A stretch of DNA of 53,387 nucleotides from a virus (IMGVR_UViG_3300032282_002272:1-53387); one strand, 5' to 3'. Numbered from the stretch's first letter, positions 25,060 through 36,162 are shown. Program-made: numbers and translations. The notes: generated from the sequence alone by a model not told the origin.

Positions 25060-26775
25060 TTATTTCTCCGTCCATCTACTGAAATTTTTAGCCATTGTAA
25101 CATTTATTTTATGTGGGAATCTATCTGCATCAATATTATGACTAATAATGAATACATTGGAATTAGATTCAAAGGTTTTTAATAATCTAAAGAATGCATC
25201 AACTCCTTCTTGATCCAATGAACTATCCATAATTTCATCAAAGAAAATAATATTAGTGGTTGTAGAATTTATCATTTTTGAAATCATGCGCCATGTAAAA
25301 ATCAATGCTAAATTTATACGTAATTTTTGACCCTCTGAAAATGATCCATATGTAAATATATCTCTATCTCGTGAATTAATTGTTTCATTGAAATTTTCAT
25401 CTAATTGAAAATTAATTAAAAATCCCATCTCTTTTAAATATTGATTAATAAATTTATTTATTACTGGAATATAAGTTTTAATAATTTGTGCTTTAATTCC
25501 ATTATCTTTTAATAAAGATAAAGCAATATTATAATTTTCCCCAATTAAACTTAATTCTTTTAATTTTATTTCTAACTCTGTTTTATTATTTTTTAATTCT
25601 GTTATAACATCAATATTAATTTCTTTATTTTGTTTATTATGGATTTTTTTGATTGATTCATAGCATTCTGAAATAATTTTATTATTATGTGATATATCCC
25701 TCATTGCAATTTTATTATCATTTGTAATTTTATTAATATTGTTTGATATATCAACGATTACTTGTAATTTATCTTGATGTTTTTGTTGTTTAATTTTTAA
25801 TTTTTCTATACCATTTTCGATTTGATCTTTATCTGCTTCACAAATATGTAATTTATTATTTTTAAATTCATCGCTTAATTCTTGGGAACAAGTAGGGCAT
25901 TCATAATTTGAACTACTGAAAAAATCAATATCTGATTTAATATCATTTAATCTATGATTTAATCCAATTTTAATTTCATGAATTTCTTTAATTTTATTTC
26001 GTAATTTTGTTTCATCTGTTATGTTATTACTTAATTGTTCAATTAAATTATTATTATTTTGTATTTGTTCATGGAGATTATTATTTTCGGATTGAAGATT
26101 ATTAATTCTCTGTTCTAATTCTACAATACCCTCCGCACGATCATCTTCTATTTTTTTATTGTATTGTTCTTGTAATTGTATTTTAGATTTAAATTGAGAA
26201 ATATTACTCTGAATATTTTCTATTACTTGTTCATTATCTTTAATTTTTTGTTTAAGAACAATATTCATTGATGTGAAAATTTGTAAATCAAGTAAATCTT
26301 CGATTACTAATCTTCTCTCAGGAGTTTTAAGTTTCATAAAAGGTACAAAAGTAGCCGACCCCATAATTACTGTTTGATTAAAACCTTTTTGATTAAGATG
26401 AATGATATGATCCTCTAAATATTTTTGATAATCTCTAGAATCGGCATCTTGATTAAGAAGAACATCATTTTTATATATTTCAAAAATATTTGGTTTCATT
26501 CCCCGAATAATTTTAAATGAATCATTTTTAATAGTAAATGAAATTTCTACTACTAATTCTTTTTTATTAATTGAATTAATTAATTGTGGTTTATTAATAT
26601 CACGATATGGTTTATTGAATAATACAAATGAAATGGCATCCAATATTAAAGATTTACCATGCCCATTTTTTCCATATATTAAAGTAAGGGGATTTTTACA
26701 TAAATTAACATTAATGAAATAATTACCAATAGTCAAGAAATTTTTTATTTTTATTTTTTCAAATGTAATATGCAT
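25060..26775 (-). CDS. gp46: Recombination endonuclease ATPase subunit (Rad50/SbcC-like)
   Basis: GKNGHGKS, CPTC zinc hook, FSEGQ, FFDE. Confidence 0.95.
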   Translation of the reverse strand: MHITFEKIKIKNFLTIGNYFINVNLCKNPLTLIYGKNGHGKSLILDAISFVLFNKPYRDINKPQLINSINKKELVVEISFTIKNDSFKIIRGMKPNIFEIYKNDVLLNQDADSRDYQKYLEDHIIHLNQKGFNQTVIMGSATFVPFMKLKTPERRLVIEDLLDLQIFTSMNIVLKQKIKDNEQVIENIQSNISQFKSKIQLQEQYNKKIEDDRAEGIVELEQRINNLQSENNNLHEQIQNNNNLIEQLSNNITDETKLRNKIKEIHEIKIGLNHRLNDIKSDIDFFSSSNYECPTCSQELSDEFKNNKLHICEADKDQIENGIEKLKIKQQKHQDKLQVIVDISNNINKITNDNKIAMRDISHNNKIISECYESIKKIHNKQNKEINIDVITELKNNKTELEIKLKELSLIGENYNIALSLLKDNGIKAQIIKTYIPVINKFINQYLKEMGFLINFQLDENFNETINSRDRDIFTYGSFSEGQKLRINLALIFTWRMISKMINSTTTNIIFFDEIMDSSLDQEGVDAFFRLLKTFESNSNVFIISHNIDADRFPHKINVTMAKNFSRWTEK

Positions 26776-26777
26776 AA

Positions 26778-27851
26778 TTAATCTTTCAGTTGTTGTGCCT
26801 CTGTATGTAATTCATACATCAATGTAACTATATCTTTTTTTCTTTTATCTGATAAATCATCAATAATATCAATTGCACTTTTAATTGTATGCATTGTATC
26901 CTCAATTTTAGTTAAATCAATATCAGATACAGTTAAATCAAGTTCAGCTTGATTAATGACAATTAAATCAATTGGATCAACTTTACTTAAAGTATCAATT
27001 AATGTTTCTAATTTTGTTTCATTATAATTTTGATCTTGTATTATAATTTTAATAAATGAATGTTTGTAATTATTGGAATTAAATAAAGATGGATTGTATT
27101 CATTAAAGTTTATTACATGAAATAATTTTTTATTATTTTGAATAAATTCTGATTCACCTGTATCTAAATCAAGAATTTCAAATCCCCGAATATCATTCCA
27201 ATCGGACCACATCATTTCATATGGTGTTCCAATAAATGTAATATTTCCTATAGTGGAACGATGATGAAAATGACCACTCCATACATGCTGATAATTTTCA
27301 AATAATCTTCTATTAAGTCCTATATCAGATATCGCTCCTTTATACATTTCAAAACCCAGAAGTTCTAAATGTCCAAATACAAATGATGCGATATCATGTG
27401 ATTGTTCTATCATTTTTACAGATTTATCATAATTTTCATCACAAATCCAGGGTAAATATAATAATGGTTTTCCTTTAACTATATTAATAGTTGGTTCAAT
27501 AAACCATTTTATATTTTTATGAGAATAATTATTGTATAAAATATTTAATGCATTTATTTTATTTGTATTTTTAAATGTACAATCATGATTGCCAACAATG
27601 ATATCAAGATTCATATTATTCTTAATAACATTGTTGGTAAAACATTCGTGTAATTTAGTTGCTGTATTATAATTAACAAATTTACGTCTATCTACTAAAT
27701 CACCACAATGTATAATATGAGTAATATTTTCTTCTAATAATTTAGGAAAAAAAGTATTTTCAAAAAAATCACAGAAAAAATTCAATACATATGGATGATC
27801 ATTTCTTATTCCAAAATGTGTATCAGTAACTAAAGCAACTTTATTATTCAT
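26778..27851 (-). CDS. gp47: Recombination nuclease subunit (Mre11/SbcD-like)
   Basis: DTHFG, GDLVDRR, GNHD, GHLE, SGHFH. Confidence 0.95.
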   Translation of the reverse strand: MNNKVALVTDTHFGIRNDHPYVLNFFCDFFENTFFPKLLEENITHIIHCGDLVDRRKFVNYNTATKLHECFTNNVIKNNMNLDIIVGNHDCTFKNTNKINALNILYNNYSHKNIKWFIEPTINIVKGKPLLYLPWICDENYDKSVKMIEQSHDIASFVFGHLELLGFEMYKGAISDIGLNRRLFENYQHVWSGHFHHRSTIGNITFIGTPYEMMWSDWNDIRGFEILDLDTGESEFIQNNKKLFHVINFNEYNPSLFNSNNYKHSFIKIIIQDQNYNETKLETLIDTLSKVDPIDLIVINQAELDLTVSDIDLTKIEDTMHTIKSAIDIIDDLSDKRKKDIVTLMYELHTEAQQLKD

Positions 27852-28051
27852 TATCTTTTTTTCATATAATTATGTTTATTATATCTTTTACCTTTATCGA
27901 AGGTCATTACTGCTTCTTCGCATACAATACGAATTTTATCAAGAATATCTCTATAATTTTCTCGTGCATGTGTTTGGATATTATTATCCATCATATTAAC
28001 AATATATTGTTTAATAATTGGAGGTATAGGTAAATTTTCTACATTATTCAT
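27851..28051 (-). CDS. Hypothetical protein
   Basis: AAGGA RBS; perfect promoter TTGACA-N17-TATAAT at 28091-28119. Confidence 0.75.
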   Translation of the reverse strand: MNNVENLPIPPIIKQYIVNMMDNNIQTHARENYRDILDKIRIVCEEAVMTFDKGKRYNKHNYMKKR

Positions 28052-28131
28052 AATAGTTATTCCTTATTGTTTTCATTTCGCACAGGTGCTATTATACAGA
28101 GAACTTAATTATATGTCAACAGAAAAAATGC

Positions 28132-28677
28132 TTATTCTGTAAGTTTTTTCTGTTTGATTTTCTCTCTTTTCTGTGCTAATTTTTCTTCGTAAGTTTCAAT
28201 GAATGTGTAATCAATATCTGTATTTTTATCATATAAATTATCAATTAATGCCATGCGTTCAGATAACTTGTATTGATAATACATCTTTTTCTTTTCTTCC
28301 TCAATTCTTCTGATGAAAGCATTTTTAATTGTTTGGGTAAAATATGCAAAAGCATTTGTTGATTTATCTGGATCAAAATTTAGTAAATAACGAAGGCAAT
28401 TTTCTACTCCATCAGAAATCATATCTTGACGAAAAGGATAATTGATAAAATTTCCTTTTTCAGATAATCGAGTAGCAATCATGAATATACATTCCCCAAT
28501 ATATTTTGGAATTTGGGGCAGAGATTTATTATTATCTTTTGCTACTTTGATTTTTTCCCTGTATGCCACCAAGGCATTATAAAAATCTCTATTATTAACA
28601 TAATGAGTTTTTCTTTTTTTAGTGGGAGAGATATGAATATTGGGTTGCGTTGATTCGTTCATCTGTGTCAATTTCAT
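28132..28677 (-). CDS. gp55: Late-transcription sigma factor
   Basis: HYVNN, IPKYIGEC, DMISDG, NAFAYFTQ. Confidence 0.95.
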   Translation of the reverse strand: MKLTQMNESTQPNIHISPTKKRKTHYVNNRDFYNALVAYREKIKVAKDNNKSLPQIPKYIGECIFMIATRLSEKGNFINYPFRQDMISDGVENCLRYLLNFDPDKSTNAFAYFTQTIKNAFIRRIEEEKKKMYYQYKLSERMALIDNLYDKNTDIDYTFIETYEEKLAQKREKIKQKKLTE

Positions 28678-28999
28678 TGTTAATTTCTTCCTGTAGGCAT
28701 TCTGAGTAATGTTGTAATAAATCTGTGGATGGGGATGCTATAGTTAAGATATGATTTCTATATAAAGAAAAATGATCCCCATTTGTATATGGAATCCATT
28801 TTGAAAGATAAATGTTATTCATACTATTAACTTGGCGATATATTCCATATGGAAAATAAATTATTACTGATTTTGAATTTTCCCTGAAATACATTTGACT
28901 TACAATTAATTCTTCCCCACTAAGTAATTTTAGAACTAGTGGTGAATTGTGAAGCGATTTGATACTTGTGGGTTGTGTATCTGAATTGTTCTCCGTCAT
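28619..28999 (-). CDS. Conserved T4-like phage protein between uvsW and gp55 (start uncertain)
   Basis: LKLLSGEELI ... KWIPY; position. Confidence 0.7.
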   Translation of the reverse strand: MTENNSDTQPTSIKSLHNSPLVLKLLSGEELIVSQMYFRENSKSVIIYFPYGIYRQVNSMNNIYLSKWIPYTNGDHFSLYRNHILTIASPSTDLLQHYSECLQEEINNEIDTDERINATQYSYLSH

Positions 29000-30407
29000 A
29001 TATTTTAACCCTTTCGAGTAAATGGTTTAAACAAAAATTATTATGGCCGCCATAAGAAAAATCATCAGCTAAATCATACAAAATAACATCAGTTTTTTCA
29101 TCTGATCGTCGTAGGCCACGACCAATTGATTGTAATGTTTTAATATTTGTTTTATATGCAGTTGCAAATATTATATTATGTAAATTAATAATAGAAACGC
29201 CTTGGCTAAGAGTTCCATAGGATGCAATGAGAACTGCATTAGTTTCTTTTTCCATTGTATTGCGAATATATTCTCTTTCATCATCCGCAATATCCCCTGC
29301 AATATAATAAACAATTCTACCATATTTACGGAATAAATCATATAAAATTTTAGCATGATCGTCAATACGAGATGTTAAAATTAATGTATTTCCTTGTAGA
29401 TTTTTTTCTAATTTACGAATAAATTCATTTCTATATGGATTAGAAATAATAAAATCTATTTCATCTTGGTATGAAGTATCTTTTAATGCTTTGCGAGTTT
29501 GTTTATCATAATCAAAACAAATTATACGAATATCTAAATTTGCAACTTCTTGGCGTTCCATTAATTCATGTGTTTTTACATATTGTTTAACTGGTGCAAA
29601 AAGACCCTCTAACGTCATCAGATTGACCACATCACTATGGACCGTCCCTGTGAAGCCAAAGCGGTGTTTGCAGCCTCCTAGATGGCCCACAATGGCAGTT
29701 AGAGACTTTGCCTTACAGGTATGTGCTTCATCGAATATAACCGCCCCATACTGATTAAAATATTCCTTATCCATATCAACTAAAGATTGCCATGTAGAAA
29801 TTGTAATAGCTGAATCGCTCTGTTTCTCTCTTCCTCCCTTGACAATATGGATGGCATCGGTGTATCCATAGGAACGAAAATCAGATGCCATTTGTTCCAG
29901 CAATATTGTGCCAGGAAGAATGATTAAAATTTTATGCCCCAATTGTGCGTAATAGGAGGATACCATGTAAATAATTAATGATTTGCCCGAACTTGTAGGA
30001 GATACAATAAGTGCTTTATTATTTTGAATACATTCAATAAATGCTTCTTTTTGATAATCCCGAGGATTTCTATTTTCTGGTAATTCAAGATTTTTTACAA
30101 ATGAATTATATTCATCATCATTAAAGACAATGGAATTATTTGGAGTAATATCATCAACTGTATAACCAGCTTCATTACAAAAATTTATAATAGCAGATTT
30201 TAAACCAGAATATATTTCTTTGGTTCGGAGATTATACATATGAATATCCCCATTCCAATTTTTAAAACGTGTATTACCTTTACGTTTTAAATATTTTGCT
30301 TTATCGAGAGAAAATTTAAATTCATCATGAATTTCGCGTTCAATTGCTTGATTAGCACGAACACGTATATAAACTTCATCTTTATATTCTATAATTACAT
30401 CTGCCAT
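28920..30407 (-). CDS. uvsW: SF2 DNA helicase
   Basis: PRDYQ, SPTSSGKS, DEAH, QSIGRGLR. Confidence 0.95.
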   Translation of the reverse strand: MADVIIEYKDEVYIRVRANQAIEREIHDEFKFSLDKAKYLKRKGNTRFKNWNGDIHMYNLRTKEIYSGLKSAIINFCNEAGYTVDDITPNNSIVFNDDEYNSFVKNLELPENRNPRDYQKEAFIECIQNNKALIVSPTSSGKSLIIYMVSSYYAQLGHKILIILPGTILLEQMASDFRSYGYTDAIHIVKGGREKQSDSAITISTWQSLVDMDKEYFNQYGAVIFDEAHTCKAKSLTAIVGHLGGCKHRFGFTGTVHSDVVNLMTLEGLFAPVKQYVKTHELMERQEVANLDIRIICFDYDKQTRKALKDTSYQDEIDFIISNPYRNEFIRKLEKNLQGNTLILTSRIDDHAKILYDLFRKYGRIVYYIAGDIADDEREYIRNTMEKETNAVLIASYGTLSQGVSIINLHNIIFATAYKTNIKTLQSIGRGLRRSDEKTDVILYDLADDFSYGGHNNFCLNHLLERVKIYDGEQFRYTTHKYQIASQFTTSSKIT

Positions 30408-30844
30408 TAACTAACTCCATTTTCAAATTTTTTCCATTCAATATAATTGTTTATTAAGAATGAACGTTTATTAACAGAATCTATAATTTTTGTCAATATA
30501 TTAACTTTTTCTTCTTGAATTTCCATTTTTAATTTTTCATCAGATAATTCATCATCGCTATCTAGATACATGGATAAATCTTGTTTTAATATTTTCATTC
30601 CAAATGGTTCCCAATTTCTGTTATCCATTTCTTCTTGATCTAAACACCCAAGATAATATTGCCATTTAATTTTATATAATTTTTGATAATCTTTTTTATA
30701 TTTTTTAAGAATAATATTTTCTGTAGTATGAAAACGTAAATATTTACGATGCAATTCACTACTATAAATTGATGAATGCCCTATATTAGTTTCATCAATT
30801 ACACAGTCTTTTTCCCATAAATCTAAAATTTCATCAATTGACAT
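30407..30844 (-). CDS. uvsY: Recombination mediator
   Basis: WEKDCVID, LHRKYL, YYLG, IEWKKFENG. Confidence 0.92.
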   Translation of the reverse strand: MSIDEILDLWEKDCVIDETNIGHSSIYSSELHRKYLRFHTTENIILKKYKKDYQKLYKIKWQYYLGCLDQEEMDNRNWEPFGMKILKQDLSMYLDSDDELSDEKLKMEIQEEKVNILTKIIDSVNKRSFLINNYIEWKKFENGVS

Positions 30845-31358
30845 TTCTTTCTAATCTTTCAATTTTTAATCGTTCATATTTAAAAATTGCTGTAGCAACA
30901 AGATGGCTTTCATCAGTATTTGTAGATGAAAAAATTAAATCAGAAATACTAAGAGGAAATGCATTTATAATTTGCATTCTAATATTAGTATTTTTGTTAT
31001 TATCCATTATTGTTACCATACAATCAGAATACATATTATCATATATGTTAAGATATTGTCTAGTATTTTCTAATGATTCTGGATGCCCCGCTGCATCTAA
31101 CCAGTTATAAATTTCAAGAAAATTTTGTAAATCCTCATCTACTTTAAATGTTACAGTAAGATCATTATGTTTTAAATGATTTCCAATTAAATTGATTGAT
31201 GCTAATGGAGTTGATTGTTGTGACATTTCAATTTTTTTACCAGGGATATTAATACCTTGACAGAAAAAATTTACATTTGGTATTCTTTCTATATGGAATC
31301 TATAACCAGTAGAGGAAAGTAAGTTGGGATTTTTTGGTTGACGTTGTAGAGCAGACAT
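30834..31358 (-). CDS. gp3: Tail completion / tube terminator protein
   Basis: FFCQGINIPG, FKVDEDLQN, AFPLSIS. Confidence 0.9.
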   Translation of the reverse strand: MSALQRQPKNPNLLSSTGYRFHIERIPNVNFFCQGINIPGKKIEMSQQSTPLASINLIGNHLKHNDLTVTFKVDEDLQNFLEIYNWLDAAGHPESLENTRQYLNIYDNMYSDCMVTIMDNNKNTNIRMQIINAFPLSISDLIFSSTNTDESHLVATAIFKYERLKIERLERNVN

Positions 31359-31452
31359 ACTATTCTCCTAAAAAAATAGGGAGGATAACGTATCCCCCCA
31401 TTAATTTTAATTTTGTCGGATTGACCCCGATCTTGTTATTATATTTATCATT

Positions 31453-31878
31453 TTGGGAATGAAAATGAATGAAACATCTATGTTAGTTGATAAAGAACAT
31501 GTTAGGATGGCATGTTTACGTCAATTGGAAATGCTTCAAGAGCAATCAAATAAGAATGTATTGACTACGCGCGAAAATTATCGTCTTGGTCATTATTCTG
31601 TGCTTCCGCGTTTTCTTCGGCGTTTCTTTTATCCTAAAATACAAGAATGGGCAGAAAAACAATGGCGTGCAACATTACCAGTTGTGGTAATTAATGATGA
31701 TGGTCATCCTGTATATCAATATGGTAGTTATGTTGAACCATATCATTCTATTTGTGAATTATACACTATGGCAACGGTAAAATCTGAGGAAAAATATATG
31801 TTTATTTCACGGAATGATTTTAGTTATATTTCTGTGGCGTGGGCTGATATATTTGAGAAAACAGTAACAAAGGAATAA
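31453..31878 (+). CDS. Hypothetical protein, inverted insert
   Basis: Open frame opposite to core genes. Confidence 0.7.
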   Translation: MGMKMNETSMLVDKEHVRMACLRQLEMLQEQSNKNVLTTRENYRLGHYSVLPRFLRRFFYPKIQEWAEKQWRATLPVVVINDDGHPVYQYGSYVEPYHSICELYTMATVKSEEKYMFISRNDFSYISVAWADIFEKTVTKE

Positions 31879-31882
31879 TAAT

Positions 31883-32299
31883 ATGTTTACAGAAATTAAT
31901 AAAGAGAAAATTATTGATGCTTTAGATTGTTTCGCTAAACATAATCTAGAACAATATAATATAGAAATGAATAATTTATCTAATCATATTTCAGCGAAAG
32001 CTAGATCAAAATTTTATTTTTTTAAATTTGGTAGTAATATACTATCAAAAGAAGATGTTAAAGATATATTTGGTCAAATTTTATATCAAGTACATGGTTG
32101 GAATGAAAAATATTCAGATATAAAATGGCCGAAATCCATTGATTTAGAAAATCAATTTAAAATTTGGAATATTATAGTAAAATATTCTAATAACTTAAAA
32201 TATATTAAAAAAATTAAATATTTTTTGAAACATACTGATAAAAATATTCTATTTCTAGACGAAAATGATGTAGATAAAATTTTTAATAAATTAAATTAA
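31883..32299 (+). CDS. Hypothetical protein, inverted insert
   Basis: AAGGA RBS. Confidence 0.7.
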   Translation: MFTEINKEKIIDALDCFAKHNLEQYNIEMNNLSNHISAKARSKFYFFKFGSNILSKEDVKDIFGQILYQVHGWNEKYSDIKWPKSIDLENQFKIWNIIVKYSNNLKYIKKIKYFLKHTDKNILFLDENDVDKIFNKLN

Positions 32300-32306
32300 A
32301 TAAAAA

Positions 32307-32330
32307 CCCCCTAGAAACTAATCTAGGGGG
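32307..32330. terminator. Terminator after major capsid gene
   Basis: ccccctaga / tctaggggg. Confidence 0.8.
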
Positions 32331-32359
32331 AAAATTACATATACTATATTTGTATATTA

Positions 32360-33688
32360 TTAGAGTAGATTTTGTACAAAAATTCTTCTGTAATATTTAT
32401 TGCTGTCTTTTGTTAGTGCGCCAAGACCTTCGGTGCTGCCTTCTGCAAAAGGATTTGCAACCATACCATAACGTGTTTTGAACGCAATGCGAGGTTGGAA
32501 AGAATCTTCACCAACGGCACGTACCATTTGTAGAGGAACATATGGGCAATAGAATAGACCAGCATCAAAAGAAGATGCGCCTTTATAACCTACAACCATA
32601 TATTGACCGCCTTCGGCATATGGATCAATATAAACTCTAATACGACCATTTAGAACACCAGCAAAAGTATTACCAGTATCATCAACTTGTAGATTATTAG
32701 AATTTAGAGCAGGAGCATAATCGAGAACACCAGCCATTTGTAGAGCAGATGCAACATCAGATGTGCAAATTAGAATGTTGCCTTTACCACGACGGGTATC
32801 ACGAGCAATTTGATTAGCTTCACGTTCGATTTGGAACATTAGACCTTTGAATTTTTCAACCATCCAACGACCATTAGAATCGGTATCTAGATCGAAAATA
32901 CCGGCAGTAGTTGTACCAACATTTGCACCACGAGTAGCAGTTACAGCAATTGTTCTTACAGCTTCACGATTAATTTCAGCTAGAATTTCTGTTGAAAGAA
33001 AATTAGCTAATTCGGTTTCAGCATCAAGACCATGGATTGCTTTCAAATCTTGTGCCATTTCGATTGAGTAATCAGCGCGTAGGGCACGAGATTTTGCTTC
33101 TACAGTAACTTTCTCAATTGAGAATGCCATTGGAGGAATGGCAGTATTAGTTGATGCGCCTAATGCTTCAGCTTGGGAAGTTGACATACCGGAACCAAAG
33201 TTGTAAACACCACTTTCAGCAAGGTTTGCGGTTTGTGTAGCAGAACCAGGAAGAGTGCCAACATGTTTTTGGCCGAGAGTATTTGCGCCAGATACAACAG
33301 AAGAGAAAGATGTATTTACTTCATTGTAGAAGTTTTCTGCACCAGATTGATTGGTATAACGTGAACGCATAGCAAAAATTAAGCCAGTAGGACCAGTCAT
33401 AGGTTGAACACCCATGATGTCATAAGCGATAAGATTTGGCATTGTTCTACGAACTAGAGAAATCAATACTGGATCATAATTATCAACACTAGAACCAGTT
33501 ACGTTTGTAGGAACACCTGCTTCAAGAAGTGAACGGGGTGCCCAGCCTTGTGATTCTTTTAAGGCTTTTGTAGTATTTTCTAGTAGAACGGCGGTTACAC
33601 CTTTTCTATGTTCATCTTTAATTCCTGGAATATCTTGATGTTCCAGAATTGGTTTCCATTTATTGATGACTTCTTCGTTAAGATACAT
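32360..33688 (-). CDS. gp23: Major capsid protein
   Basis: DPVLISLVRR, GVQPMTGPTGLIFAMR, DLKAIHGLDAE, FKTRYG. Confidence 0.98.
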   Translation of the reverse strand: MYLNEEVINKWKPILEHQDIPGIKDEHRKGVTAVLLENTTKALKESQGWAPRSLLEAGVPTNVTGSSVDNYDPVLISLVRRTMPNLIAYDIMGVQPMTGPTGLIFAMRSRYTNQSGAENFYNEVNTSFSSVVSGANTLGQKHVGTLPGSATQTANLAESGVYNFGSGMSTSQAEALGASTNTAIPPMAFSIEKVTVEAKSRALRADYSIEMAQDLKAIHGLDAETELANFLSTEILAEINREAVRTIAVTATRGANVGTTTAGIFDLDTDSNGRWMVEKFKGLMFQIEREANQIARDTRRGKGNILICTSDVASALQMAGVLDYAPALNSNNLQVDDTGNTFAGVLNGRIRVYIDPYAEGGQYMVVGYKGASSFDAGLFYCPYVPLQMVRAVGEDSFQPRIAFKTRYGMVANPFAEGSTEGLGALTKDSNKYYRRIFVQNLL

Positions 33689-33718
33689 TTAAATAACTCC
33701 TTTTGTATTTAATTCTAT

Positions 33719-34717
33719 TTAGCGTCTTGCTGTTTTTGACATTAATTTTGCTAGTTCTGTAATTTCTGGATCAGAATTTACAATTTCTTTATCTGTTTCT
33801 TCATTTAATGAACTAATGCCAATAACATCATCCATTTGTGTGATGCCAGATGTGCTTACTGGTTTAGTAGCAAAATATGATTCTTTAATTGTTTGTAATT
33901 TAGATTTATAATTATCTAGATCAGTATATGTTAGATTTTCAATCAAAGATTCAAATTTAACTGCATCATTTTCAGTTAAACCTTTTCTCATTTCTGAGAA
34001 AATCATTTGGCATGACAATTCTTCATTAGTTGAAGCTAAATTGATACATTTATTTTCAACATCATTAACATGTTCTTTTAGACTATCAATTTCATCTTGT
34101 AATGCTTGGAGAACATCAAATTTTTCATCTGGGATATCAATATAATGTTCTTTAAATAGATTTGCTAATCCATTCATGAAACTATCATGTAGGTCTAATT
34201 TCATAGCATTTTCAATTTGAAGTTTATTTTCATTTACCCATTCATTAACGGCATAATTTAGATAATCATCAACTTGACCAGTTAATTCTTCTTTATATTC
34301 TTCTACTAGTTGTTCAAATTGTTGTTCTTGTTCTTCTTGTAGTTGTGTTAAATAAAGAGCAACTTGTGCATTAACAGCAGATTCAATAAGAGTAGTTACT
34401 TTTTCTTTAAAATCTTCTGTTAAATCTTGACCGGCAAACATTGTATCTACATCTTCTTTTACAGCACCAACTGTAGTAACTGATTGTAGATTTCTTTCTG
34501 CTGTAACATCAGGAACGCCAAGATCAGCATTTGGACCAAATTGTGTCATTGATTTATTGAAAAAATCAATCATATCGCCTCTGGACATACCATTCATATA
34601 TGACATCATTGATGCCATCATATCTGTTTTTGACATATCATCGGCAGGACGTGAATTTGGCGCTAATGTATCTGATGCGGCAGTTTCATCAAGTTTTTCG
34701 GTTTTATAATTTTCCAT
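33719..34717 (-). CDS. gp22: Prohead scaffold protein
   Basis: Acidic coiled coil, VDDYLNY..EW, synteny. Confidence 0.92.
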   Translation of the reverse strand: MENYKTEKLDETAASDTLAPNSRPADDMSKTDMMASMMSYMNGMSRGDMIDFFNKSMTQFGPNADLGVPDVTAERNLQSVTTVGAVKEDVDTMFAGQDLTEDFKEKVTTLIESAVNAQVALYLTQLQEEQEQQFEQLVEEYKEELTGQVDDYLNYAVNEWVNENKLQIENAMKLDLHDSFMNGLANLFKEHYIDIPDEKFDVLQALQDEIDSLKEHVNDVENKCINLASTNEELSCQMIFSEMRKGLTENDAVKFESLIENLTYTDLDNYKSKLQTIKESYFATKPVSTSGITQMDDVIGISSLNEETDKEIVNSDPEITELAKLMSKTARR

Positions 34718-34742
34718 AACCCTATTTCCTTTTATATAATTA

Positions 34743-35399
34743 CTATTTATTGCTTCTTAATTTTTCAATAAAATTCTGAAAGATATATAGCATTTCTTGT
34801 TCATTGAGAATTTTACCGGCTTTCTTTGTATTTTCTACTATTTGCATTGTTTGCCATTTATTTGATGCAATATCAAAAATCCATTGTCTACCTTCCATAA
34901 TTCCATTTACAAAAGCATGGGGTGCAGATGGGTCAGCAACAATATCGGCTGCTGTAAATAATTTAAAATCATCTTGTACTTCCATAATTCCATCTTTTTG
35001 AACTAAAGAACCAAGACCACGAGTAGAAACACCAATTTTAACATTTTCTTTAAGTAAATTTTCTACAATTTTACCATTTGGAGTTTCTAGAATTTTAGCT
35101 TTACCGATATAATTATTACCTTCTTTATACAATTTAGTAATAATATGACTTACTCTATCTAGATTAATATTAGGACCATCAGGATGACCTAATTCCCCTA
35201 ATGCTCTATTTTCATTAATAGAATCTTTAATGTATCTATTTACTTCTTTTTCTAGAACAGGCATAGGATAAATTCTACCATTTCTATTGGGAACCGCCCC
35301 TTGAATAAAAATTCCTTCAATAAAGAAATTCTTTTTACCCTCAGTGGCACCTTCTTCTAGAAATTTAATTTCTTCTGTTAATTCAGTAATAAGATGCAT
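34743..35399 (-). CDS. gp21: Prohead protease
   Basis: NRNGRIY, ALGELGHP, GVSTRGLGS, DIVADPSAP. Confidence 0.97.
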   Translation of the reverse strand: MHLITELTEEIKFLEEGATEGKKNFFIEGIFIQGAVPNRNGRIYPMPVLEKEVNRYIKDSINENRALGELGHPDGPNINLDRVSHIITKLYKEGNNYIGKAKILETPNGKIVENLLKENVKIGVSTRGLGSLVQKDGIMEVQDDFKLFTAADIVADPSAPHAFVNGIMEGRQWIFDIASNKWQTMQIVENTKKAGKILNEQEMLYIFQNFIEKLRSNK

Positions 35400-35404
35400 T
35401 ATTT

Positions 35405-35653
35405 TTATCCTCTATATGCAGCAGCGGTGGCGCTAACTGCTAGATTTGCAGTAAGAACATCTGTTGGGTCTTTTGATACAAACATGAATTGATTTGCAGG
35501 AATAGAAAATGAAAATCTATTTGTTCCATTACTATATGCAACATTTACTGTTGCTTGATTTCCTGTGGCAATATAAACCAATGTAGCATTACTGAAACTA
35601 TTTGCAGTAGAAGTTAATGTTATTAAATTACCAATTGGTTTAATAATTCTCAT
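35405..35653 (-). CDS. Small virion-module protein
   Basis: Coupled between head genes. Confidence 0.75.
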   Translation of the reverse strand: MRIIKPIGNLITLTSTANSFSNATLVYIATGNQATVNVAYSNGTNRFSFSIPANQFMFVSKDPTDVLTANLAVSATAAAYRG

Positions 35654-35655
35654 TA

Positions 35656-36132
35656 TTATGCACTCTTTTTAGCTTGTGCGGTAGCAATAGCCATTTTTTT
35701 CTGCATGTTCATAGATGGAAATTTGTGAGCAAGTGCTTTTGCAATTTCTTCTCTTTTAGACATTTCTGGTTTAGTTAATTTACGTTCTTGAATAGTTTCT
35801 TCATAAACTTCTTCATCTTCGCCTTTGTCATATGATGCAGGATTATTTTGTTTCATACTACGTGTTTGTAGAACATCATCACGAAAAGGTAGACCGTCTT
35901 CATTATCAACAGGATAATCAACTACGGCGGGAATATGTTTATCCATAAATTTTTCTTCATCTGAGTTATGTGGTTCATAACCAGTTTTAAAAATACCTTT
36001 GCACATATCTTCATGAAAATCAGTTAATTTTTCACTGACTTTAGATGTCATAATATTATTAAGGGCAGTAGTAAAATCTACTGCATTTTTACTTGTTGCA
36101 AAATCGACTAAATCTTTTGTATTATAAGTCAT
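35656..36132 (-). CDS. Prohead core protein (gp67/68 position)
   Basis: Synteny after portal; late-type promoter at 36160-36166. Confidence 0.65.
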   Translation of the reverse strand: MTYNTKDLVDFATSKNAVDFTTALNNIMTSKVSEKLTDFHEDMCKGIFKTGYEPHNSDEEKFMDKHIPAVVDYPVDNEDGLPFRDDVLQTRSMKQNNPASYDKGEDEEVYEETIQERKLTKPEMSKREEIAKALAHKFPSMNMQKKMAIATAQAKKSA

Positions 36133-36162
36133 TTTAATTCTCCGCTACTATTTTTTAAGTAT

